64,000 nt of DNA, taken from NCBI GenBank assembly GCA_040081625.1, contig JBEBGD010000019.1, positions 1 to 64,000 on the forward strand. The letters are read 5' to 3'. Of the stretch, positions 55,774 through 64,000 are shown piece by piece. Source of the stretch: Chthoniobacteraceae bacterium (GTDB lineage: Bacteria; Verrucomicrobiota; Verrucomicrobiia; Chthoniobacterales; Chthoniobacteraceae). Numbering within the stretch: the stretch's first letter is position 1; every line of letters begins with the position of its first letter. The notes beneath the pieces were generated by a model, which was not told the origin of the DNA, ran no database searches, and saw only the letters and a program-made list of their open reading frames with translations. A program made the position numbers and the translations under genes.

Positions 55774-55805
55774 ACGAGGAGGTGATTAGTGGGTGAAAGG
55801 GGAAG

Positions 55806-56396
55806 CTATTCGGTGTTGCGCTCGACCTGCCAGTATTCGAGATCGACGAGGGTTTCGCGACCGAAGATGGAGACCGACACGCGCAATTTTCCGCGCTCGG
55901 GGTCGATTTCCTCGACGACGCCGGTCTGGTTTTGAAAGGGGCCATCGCTGACCTTCACGACTTCGCCGACGGTGTAGGCGATCTTCGGCGTGACGTGCTC
56001 CTCGGCCCCGCGCACCTGCGCGAGCAGGGCATCGACTTCGCTCTGGCGCATCGGGATGGGCTGCGGCGGCCGGCCGTCGCGCTCCTTGGTGCCGGCAAAG
56101 CCGATGACGCCGGGCGTGTCCTTGACGAAATACCACGTCCTGTCCACGAGTTGCTTGCTCTCGTCGAGCAGCCACATGTTCACGATGAGATAGCCGGGGA
56201 AAAACTTGCGGGTCGTCTCGGTTTTCTTGCCGTGCTTGATCTCGCTCACACGCTCGGTCGGCAGAACGACTTCAAAGATGAAATCACCCATCTCCTCGGT
56301 GATCACGCGCTTGCGGATGTTCTCGAAGACTTTGTTCTCCTGGCCGGATAGCACCTGCACCACGAACCACTGTTTGCGTTTATCTTCTTCGGTCAT
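55806..56396 (-). CDS. nusG: Transcription termination/antitermination factor NusG
   Basis: 'WFVVQVLSGQE', 'KFFPGY' and KOW 'VSDGPFQN...VSIFGRET'. Confidence 0.97.
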   Translation of the reverse strand: MTEEDKRKQWFVVQVLSGQENKVFENIRKRVITEEMGDFIFEVVLPTERVSEIKHGKKTETTRKFFPGYLIVNMWLLDESKQLVDRTWYFVKDTPGVIGFAGTKERDGRPPQPIPMRQSEVDALLAQVRGAEEHVTPKIAYTVGEVVKVSDGPFQNQTGVVEEIDPERGKLRVSVSIFGRETLVDLEYWQVERNTE

Positions 56397-56397
56397 G

Positions 56398-56715
56398 TTA
56401 GTTCATCGCAAGTTTTGTCAGGAAGCCGCTCAGGCTAAGCATGAGGAAATCCCAAAGCCCGACGTAGCCGGCGAGCAGGAGCATGGCGACGACGACCAGG
56501 AGCGTGGAATCGACCAGCTCCTTGTATTTCTTCATGCCCTTCTCCTTGGGTTCCCACGGCCACGAGGCCTTGTAGAGCTCGCTCTTCACCTCGGAGGTGA
56601 AATTACGAATCCGGGAGTGATAGCGGGCAAGCATGACGACCGCCACGAGCGCGAGCACGTAGGTGATCCCCGTGAGGATCCAGCTTCCGCCAATCTTAAA
56701 TATTTCCGGGTTCAT
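56398..56715 (-). CDS. secE: Preprotein translocase subunit SecE
   Basis: 'EVKSELYKASWP' followed by a TM segment; canonical position between tRNA-Trp and nusG. Confidence 0.9.
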   Translation of the reverse strand: MNPEIFKIGGSWILTGITYVLALVAVVMLARYHSRIRNFTSEVKSELYKASWPWEPKEKGMKKYKELVDSTLLVVVAMLLLAGYVGLWDFLMLSLSGFLTKLAMN

Positions 56716-56728
56716 TTCTCGTTTCGAG

Positions 56729-56801
56729 CACGGCAGGAGGGACTTGAACCCCCAACCGGCGGTTTTGGAGACCGCTGCTCTACCAATTGAGCTACTGCCG
56801 T
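56729..56801 (-). tRNA. tRNA-Trp (CCA)
   Basis: ACGGCAG acceptor stem, TAGCTCAATTGGTAGAGC D-arm, anticodon loop CT-CCA-AA, GGTTCAAGTCC T-arm; the 3' CCA is not encoded. Confidence 0.96.
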
Positions 56802-56811
56802 AATGGTTTGG

Positions 56812-56885
56812 TTCTTACTCTTACTCCTCACCCTACTCTTACTCTGCGTCGCAGAGTAAGAGCAAGAATAAGGTCGGGAATAAGG
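56812..56885. repeat. Hairpin element with (CTCTTA)n / (TAAGAG)n hexamer-repeat arms
   Basis: TTCTTA CTCTTA CTCCTC ACCCTA CTCTTA CTCTGC-GTC-GCAGAG TAAGAG CAAGAA TAAGGT CGGGAA TAAGG. Confidence 0.75.
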
Positions 56886-56892
56886 CGTTGGG

Positions 56893-58089
<1,197 letters not shown>

Positions 58090-58179
58090 GATGGGTCAGG
58101 TGGTTTGTGGGTTGTTGTTTTGTTTGGTTTGGAAAAAGCGCTGCTTCTGCGGGACACGTCGCGCACTGGACTCAGCAGC

Positions 58180-58255
58180 TGGAGCCTGGGACCGGGATTG
58201 AACCGGCGACCTCGTCCTTACCAAGGACGTGCTCTACCAACTGAGCTACCCAGGC
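58180..58255 (-). tRNA. tRNA-Thr (GGT)
   Basis: GCCTGGG acceptor stem, anticodon loop TT-GGT-AA, GGTTCAATCCC T-arm, encoded CCA. Confidence 0.97.
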
Positions 58256-58442
58256 CTTGCATCGTTCGCGCGCGCTTTTTGAAGGCGCTCGCAGTGCGTC
58301 GCAAATCTTGATGTTCACCGACCTTGCGGCCAGCGCCCTTTTTCGTTCGTTCCAGAGAGCGTAAACGCCCGCGCCGAGACAATCACTGAGTCGTTCTCGA
58401 TGCAGGCGAATCGTTCCTCCGGTATTTCCGAAAAGGGCGGGC

Positions 58443-58470
58443 AAGCTACTAACCGCCTTCAGGGTGTCAA
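58443..58470 (-). promoter_or_regulatory. Putative sigma70 promoter of the tRNA-Thr-tuf operon
   Basis: TTGACA-N16-TAGCTT followed by GCCCGCCCTTTTC. Confidence 0.55.
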
Positions 58471-58868
58471 AACGAATTTCGGGCGTTTTTCGGGGCGCGG
58501 CTCGCCATCCGATGCACGCACTTTTCCGAACCCTCACGAGACGCTCGCGACGATGATTTCCCCCGAGCCGTCGCTGAATTCCGGGCGCCCCGCCACCGCT
58601 CCCGCGCACCGCGTTACCCACAGCGAACGGCATCTCCAATCCACTCCCGGTCGGACCAAACTCGCGGAAAAGGAGCCACAGCGCCCTCGTCGAATCCACC
58701 ACCCTCACGCCCTCGTCACTCACGACTTCCCCCTGTTCCCGGAGGCTGTTGCACCGCGTCATCCATCGGTCGGTGGATTATTGCACGCGCGCGGGCGCAC
58801 GGGCCTTGTGTCGGTCGTTCCCGCTGAAGATCAGAAGGGCCGTCCGCGCCGACGGAACGCCGCTCCGG

Positions 58869-61079
58869 CTACTTCCCCACGACCACGAGCCAGTCCTCAC
58901 CAGGATCGTCCGGCGGGTTGCCGAGCGCGACTTTGCCGCCGCCGTTCACGGTTCTCACCGAGCCGGTCGCCAGCGCGCCGCCGGTTCGCGGGTTGAACCA
59001 TTGCACCTTGAATCTGCCCTGCTCCCCGCTGAGGTCGAGGTCGCTCGTTCCACCGCTCGGCAGGAAGACGAGATAGAGCTCGCCCGCTTTCGCGAGGCAG
59101 AACTTCGAGTTGTCGCGCTTCGCGTTGCCGACGAGCGCGTCGGCATTTTTCATTTCCCAAAACGGCACTTTGTTCGCAGGGAAGAATTCCAGCGCGATGC
59201 GGCAGAAGTCCCACGACTTGTCGCGGCTGCGGAAGTCCTCACAGACGAGATCATTCTCCGGGAGCTGGTAGCCGAAGTAATACTCCACGCCCGCGCCGCC
59301 TGCCATGAGCGTGCCCCACAGGCAGAGTTTGCGGATGTCGTGCATCGTGTAGGCCTTCGATTTCACGTCGCCGGTCGTGGCGTTCTCAGCCTTCTTTCCC
59401 TTCTCGATCGCGATCCCGTCGGTGCCTTTGTAGCCGATGTCCTGCGGCACGCCGAGTCCGGCTGGATTCTGCTCGTCGTTCGCGACGACCCACGGCTTGC
59501 CGGCTTTCGCCGATTCGTTGATCCATTGCAGTGTGCGCTGATGCGCCGCGCTCCAGCCGTTTTGCAAAGACGCGCCGGTCAGCTCGGACGCTTTGCCGAG
59601 CAGCGGCGGATACACCTTGTCCTGCTGGTCCGGGAAGGTGTGAACGACGATGAGGTGCTTGTAAGGATCGGTGTCGCGGAGGTAGCGCGCCATGTCCGCG
59701 ATCTCCTCGGTGCTCTGCGTGTTCTCCTCGCCGATGTTCCAGTTCAGCGCGAGTGCGTGGCCGAAGCGCGCGATGAGTTCGCGGCAGTAAAGTTTGCGCT
59801 CGGGGCCGAGATTGCCGCCATCGAGCGACTCCGGCACGCGGCCCGGTTCTGATTTGTGTCCGCGGCGGTCGTCGTCCATTTCGTTCTCCTGCGTTTTGAA
59901 ATGCAGATACATCCCGAGTGCCGTGCCGTGATCAAAGACGACGCCCCATTGATCCAGCTTCGAGCAGTCGTAGTGCAGCTTGTCGCCGCGCTCGACGAAG
60001 GGCCACACGTTGTCGCCGTCGCCGCCCGCGTTGTAGGTGAGGAAGGAGAAGGCGTTCACGCCTTTGCCCGCGAGGTAATTGATCGCCCCGATGAGCCCCT
60101 TGCCCTTGCCGTCCTTCCATGTCGGGTCGCCAGCCTTCCAGTCTTGCAGATGCGGTTCCCACGTCTTGAGCGCCTTCTTCGGCTTCGCCTCGCCGGGCCG
60201 CTGCACTTCGTTCGATCCGCCCACCGTGCCGTCGAAGTCTTTGTAAGCGAGCATCGTCTCCGGTGCGTCCGCTCCCGCCTTGAGAAAGTATTCCTTCGAG
60301 CCCGCGAACTGGAGGTAATGCCCGCCGACGTATTGCAGCCGCCCCTTCGCGCGGAAGTCGGGCCCCGTCTTGTCCGTCGTGCCGACATTAAAACTGCCGC
60401 TCACGCCGTCGAACGGACTCAGCTTCGCGCCGCCCCCGTCGAGTGCGGCGTGTTTTCCTTTCGTGAACGAGACGGCGAACTCCCATCTGCCCGCCTTGTC
60501 CGGCGAAAGGTGCGCGCGCCAATTCGTGCCGGAATCCGCGGAGGAACTCGCCGCGTCGCCATCGGCCGCGAAGTAACCCGGCACCACGTATTTCGGCGAG
60601 CCGCTCTCGTGTGTGAAGGTGACGTTGAAGGCGAGATCGGTGAACGGGTTCGGTTCATTATCCTGCTCGTGTGCGAAGGGGCCATCGAGCGCGAGCGTGA
60701 CCTTGTGCCATTGCTTGAGCTCGCCGCTGATGGCGACCTTGCCCTTGCCATCCATCTGGCGTGGCTGAACAAGCGGCAGTGCCGGTGCCAATTTCGCGTG
60801 AGCCGCGGGCGCACGGACTCCCGTGCCGGCCAGTCGGGTGTCCGGGGACCTCGCGAGCGTGATTTGATCCAGCTCGATGCCGTCTTTGGCCATCAGCGTC
60901 TCGCGGAGTTCGTCGCGTTCGGCGGCGAGATTGGTCACGCAGTCGGGACCTTTCCCAAACGCGCGCTCCCATTGCACGGCGTCGTCGGCGATGATGAAAA
61001 TGATGTTCGGCTTAGCGTCGGCTCTCGAGCCGGAGGAGAAAAGCGCTAGAGAGGCGACGAAGATGAGAAGGCGTCTCAT
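58869..61079 (-). CDS. DUF5060-domain putative glycoside hydrolase with C-terminal collagen-binding-like domain
   Basis: 'GELKQWHKVTL', 'NPFTD', 'VPGYFAADG', 'KAGADAPE', 'WNIGEEN', 'ANDEQ' and 'QWFNPRTGG...PPDDPGEDW'. Confidence 0.75.
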   Translation of the reverse strand: MRRLLIFVASLALFSSGSRADAKPNIIFIIADDAVQWERAFGKGPDCVTNLAAERDELRETLMAKDGIELDQITLARSPDTRLAGTGVRAPAAHAKLAPALPLVQPRQMDGKGKVAISGELKQWHKVTLALDGPFAHEQDNEPNPFTDLAFNVTFTHESGSPKYVVPGYFAADGDAASSSADSGTNWRAHLSPDKAGRWEFAVSFTKGKHAALDGGGAKLSPFDGVSGSFNVGTTDKTGPDFRAKGRLQYVGGHYLQFAGSKEYFLKAGADAPETMLAYKDFDGTVGGSNEVQRPGEAKPKKALKTWEPHLQDWKAGDPTWKDGKGKGLIGAINYLAGKGVNAFSFLTYNAGGDGDNVWPFVERGDKLHYDCSKLDQWGVVFDHGTALGMYLHFKTQENEMDDDRRGHKSEPGRVPESLDGGNLGPERKLYCRELIARFGHALALNWNIGEENTQSTEEIADMARYLRDTDPYKHLIVVHTFPDQQDKVYPPLLGKASELTGASLQNGWSAAHQRTLQWINESAKAGKPWVVANDEQNPAGLGVPQDIGYKGTDGIAIEKGKKAENATTGDVKSKAYTMHDIRKLCLWGTLMAGGAGVEYYFGYQLPENDLVCEDFRSRDKSWDFCRIALEFFPANKVPFWEMKNADALVGNAKRDNSKFCLAKAGELYLVFLPSGGTSDLDLSGEQGRFKVQWFNPRTGGALATGSVRTVNGGGKVALGNPPDDPGEDWLVVVGK

Positions 61080-61179
61080 GGGGAGAAGCGGATTGCGTTC
61101 ACGATGCCCCCAAAGCCGCGGCGAGATCAACCGTGGCGCGCAGCGACGAACGCGCGGAATCGCTCGGCGGCAGAGTCGG

Positions 61180-62448
61180 TCACGCCATCGCCAGTCCGGT
61201 CATCTCGCCGGTGCTGGTGGCAAAGTTTTCATCCTCGATTCCGAGGCGGCGCAGCGCGCTGAGATAGAGATTCGGCAGCGGGTAGTTGTTCTTTTGATCG
61301 AAGGCGAGATGCTGGCCGTGCTTGAAGCCGCCGCCGCCAAACAGGACGGGCATGTTCCGGTTATCATGCGACGAAGCGTTGCCGAGATTCGAGGTGAGCA
61401 GCACCATGGTTTCGTCCAGCAACCGGTCGGTCTTCAGCTTGCGCAGGAAGCCGCCCCATTCGTTGATGACTCCCTGCTCGACGAGGGAAAGCTGACGCAG
61501 CTTTTCACCGTCCAGGCCGTGATGGCTGAGCGTGTGGTAGCTCTCGTCCACACCTTCGATTCCGTTCACGGAATTGCCGGTGATGTGGAGCGTCACAAAG
61601 CGGGTGGAGTCGGTGACCAAGGCCATATGGATGATGTCCAGGAAGATTCTTTCGACCTCGACGGCGTTGTCGCGCGGGATGTTGTTCGGCGCTTTCAGCG
61701 GGACCTTTGGCTTGGGGCGCTGGATCCATTCCTTGTTCGCCACGAGACGCTGCTCCATGTCGCGCACGCTCGTGAACCACGCGTCGAGTTTGTCCCGGTC
61801 GCCCGCGCCGACTTCGCGCTGGAGCGCTTTTGCTTCGGCGCCGATCACATCCATCACGCTCCGCCCGCGCCCGATCAACTCGGCCTGCCGCGCCTGCTCC
61901 GCCGGTGTGTCATTCACAAACAGCTTCGTGAACAGGCTCATGGCGTTGCTCTGCGCGGGAATCATGGCGCCGTTTTCCGTGTAGGACGGGCTGGACTGGC
62001 TGCCGGTGTTCAGCACGAGCGAGGGGAAGCGGGTCTCGTGGCCGAGTTGCTTTGCCATCAACTGATCCAGCGAAATCGTGTTTCGCGAGGTCGTGCCGCG
62101 CTGGTTCGGGCACGCCGAAAAGATGCTGCCCTCGGCGGTGTGCCCGCCGGTCACGCCCGGATGCGACGAGCCGGACACGACGGTGAAATCCTCGCGGATG
62201 TCGTTCAGAGATTTCAAATAAAGCGACGGCGCGTAGCCGCGACCGCTGGTTTCCGGGACGAGATTCGGACCGTGCAGGCCCAGCGCGAGGCTGACGCCGA
62301 CGAAGCGCTTTGCGGTCTTTGCGGCCGCTGCAGCCGCAAACGCGGGCCTCATCGCATCGAGCAGCGGCAGGGCGAGTGAGATGCCGGCGCCGCGGAGGAA
62401 AGTGCGCCGCGAGAGATGCGCGCCAAAGTTGAAGTTCACGTTTTTCAT
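61180..62448 (-). CDS. DUF1552 (HXXSHH family) protein
   Basis: 'LSRRTFLRGAGISLALPLLDAM', 'ISLDQ', 'YHTLSHH' and 'SNLGNASSH...NMP'. Confidence 0.9.
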   Translation of the reverse strand: MKNVNFNFGAHLSRRTFLRGAGISLALPLLDAMRPAFAAAAAAKTAKRFVGVSLALGLHGPNLVPETSGRGYAPSLYLKSLNDIREDFTVVSGSSHPGVTGGHTAEGSIFSACPNQRGTTSRNTISLDQLMAKQLGHETRFPSLVLNTGSQSSPSYTENGAMIPAQSNAMSLFTKLFVNDTPAEQARQAELIGRGRSVMDVIGAEAKALQREVGAGDRDKLDAWFTSVRDMEQRLVANKEWIQRPKPKVPLKAPNNIPRDNAVEVERIFLDIIHMALVTDSTRFVTLHITGNSVNGIEGVDESYHTLSHHGLDGEKLRQLSLVEQGVINEWGGFLRKLKTDRLLDETMVLLTSNLGNASSHDNRNMPVLFGGGGFKHGQHLAFDQKNNYPLPNLYLSALRRLGIEDENFATSTGEMTGLAMA

Positions 62449-62467
62449 GTGGATGAGGATGCGAGGA

Positions 62468-64000
62468 TTACTTGTGCAAAAAGACCGGACTGGCGAGCGC
62501 TGCGCTGATCAAGGAACGCACGCCGAAGCCGGAAGTTTCGGTTCCGACGACGATCTTTTCCACGACCACTTGATCGCTGAAGCGCATCTTCGCGCCCGTC
62601 GCGTAGGTCAGGAACTGGCTGACGAAGTTCTTCGCGAGTTGGCCGCCGCGCTCCTTGTAGATCGCCTTCCATCCGGCGAGATCGGCGAACTCCCGGCCGT
62701 CCGGCGTGACGCCCGTCGGATCCACGGACGCACCTTTGTTGCTGCCGCCGTATCGAGTGCGCCACGCGCCGATGGGATCGAAATTCTCGAGCACAAAGCC
62801 GGGCGGATCGATGGTCTTGTGGCAGGCGGCGCAGGACTCATCCGACCGGTGTTTGTCGAGCTGATCGCGAACGGAGATGGCGCCGCGAATATCCGGCTCG
62901 ATCGCGGGAGTGCCCGGCGGCGGTGGCGCGATGTGCTGGCCGAGGATGCGCTCGTTGACGAAGATGCCACGCACCACGGGCGAGGTCGTCGCTCCGTCCG
63001 CGGTGACTTTCAAAATCGCGCCCTGCGTGAGGAGTCCGCCGCGAGGGACCCCGGGTGGAAGGGATACCTTTTGCAGACCATCGCCGGGAATGATGGGCGT
63101 CGCGGCCGGAGCGCCGGAAAACGCCACGGCGACAGGCCCCGCCGACTGCTTCCAGAGCTTCTTTCCGTTGACGCCTCGATCGATTGGCTGGCCTTCTCCC
63201 GCGAGCTGGTAGTGCCGTGCGAGCCGCCCGTTGAGGAAGGCGAAATCCGAATCAACGAGGTTCGTGATGCCGAGATTCCTCCGGATCAGTTCACTCACAA
63301 ATGCCCGGGTTTCCTGAACCATCGATTCCTGCATCACCGGATCGAAGCTGCGATACAGGCGGAAGTCCGGCGACGTAAAGTCGATTTCCTTCAGCTTCAG
63401 CCATTGGTCGGTGAAGCTGCGGATGAAGCGCCCGGACTTTGCGTCCGCGAGCATGCGCTCGATCTGCGCCGCGAGCACCTGCGGTTGCGCGAGCTTGCCC
63501 TCATCGGCCAGGCGCGTGAGCTGCGCGTCCGGCATGCTGACCCACAGCGCGTAGCTGAGGCGGGCGGCGACGGCATGGGGATCGAGAACGCCCGGTGCCT
63601 CGACAAATGTCAGGAACCGCGGCGAGCAAAGCATGGCTCGGTAACTGGCGCGCAGCGCTTCCACGAGCGGCTTTCCTTCCTTCAAAGTCGCACGACCGAT
63701 CTCGAGATACGGCGCGAGTTGCGCAGCACTCACCGGGCGGCGAAAGGCGCGGGTCGCGAATTGCGCGAGGAGCTTGTCGAGCGCCGCCGCAGGCGCGGCC
63801 TTCGCATCCTCCGGCTTCATGCTGCCGAAGAGATTGCGCCGCACCGCTTCGCGATCGCCCAGCCGGTAGATGCGCTCCATCTCGATGCCGCGATGCGCGA
63901 TGCCCGCGTAGCCATCCTTCTCCAGCTCGCGTCCTTTGAACGACACGTTTCCACCCGTCGCACCGGTCGCCGGGCGTCGGAGTTCCGAATCGTTCGGCTT
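62468..64000 (-). CDS. DUF1595/1592/1588/1585 (PSD-PSCyt3) protein, 5' part outside the window
   Basis: 'RAFRRP', 'ARLSYALW.SMPD', 'RGGLLTQGAILKVTA..TTSPVVRG' and 'CAACH..IDP.GF.LENFD'; frame open to the window end. Confidence 0.9.
   Translation of the reverse strand, partial: KPNDSELRRPATGATGGNVSFKGRELEKDGYAGIAHRGIEMERIYRLGDREAVRRNLFGSMKPEDAKAAPAAALDKLLAQFATRAFRRPVSAAQLAPYLEIGRATLKEGKPLVEALRASYRAMLCSPRFLTFVEAPGVLDPHAVAARLSYALWVSMPDAQLTRLADEGKLAQPQVLAAQIERMLADAKSGRFIRSFTDQWLKLKEIDFTSPDFRLYRSFDPVMQESMVQETRAFVSELIRRNLGITNLVDSDFAFLNGRLARHYQLAGEGQPIDRGVNGKKLWKQSAGPVAVAFSGAPAATPIIPGDGLQKVSLPPGVPRGGLLTQGAILKVTADGATTSPVVRGIFVNERILGQHIAPPPPGTPAIEPDIRGAISVRDQLDKHRSDESCAACHKTIDPPGFVLENFDPIGAWRTRYGGSNKGASVDPTGVTPDGREFADLAGWKAIYKERGGQLAKNFVSQFLTYATGAKMRFSDQVVVEKIVVGTETSGFGVRSLISAALASPVFLHK

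Noticed and set aside
58480..58860. Long intergenic region as replication origin or small gene (ORFs 58172-58762 and 58400-58996; TTACCCACA)
   Set aside because: The ORFs lack coding-like composition and overlap the tRNA, promoter or neighbouring gene. There is only one imperfect DnaA-like box and no AT-rich unwinding element.
63080..63200. Possible third in-frame repeat insertion in the DUF1592 protein (GEGQPIDRG...AATPIIPG)
   Set aside because: The peptide looks like an insertion, but no palindrome or GTRG head is visible in the DNA.

Overview
A high-GC bacterial chromosomal window, most consistent with Verrucomicrobiota (PVC superphylum). The support is PVC-type gene families (PSD1/DUF1549-DUF1553, two DUF1501, DUF1800, DUF1552/DUF1592, a PVC heme-CxxCH dehydrogenase fusion) and mostly SD-less, pyrimidine/AC-rich leaders. 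Core genes: rpsA, rpoA-rplQ, lysA, htpG and tRNA-Thr-tuf-tRNA-Trp-secE-nusG-rplK. Accessory modules: a MacB-like exporter plus two-component system, an Rrf2-led porin/Zn-deacylase/SsuABC-like uptake operon, a wzc-GT2-GT4-Wzy/WaaL polysaccharide block, and alpha-2-macroglobulin-PBP1C with a divergent ECF sigma. No CRISPR array, integrase or transposase was seen. The most unusual signal is a set of about five families of short palindromic elements. Two GTRG-type REP doublets sit in frame inside protein-coding genes and are read in the same codon phase. Hairpins built from 6-mer or 9-mer tandem units are also present, the two 6-mer ones lying directly after rpsA and tuf. Other points of interest are a standalone five-repeat helicase-associated-domain gene beside a frameshifted collagen-like chimera, and an apparent telescoped sulfatase relic at the N-terminus of a DUF5060 protein. 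All family assignments come from motif recognition by eye; no searches were run.
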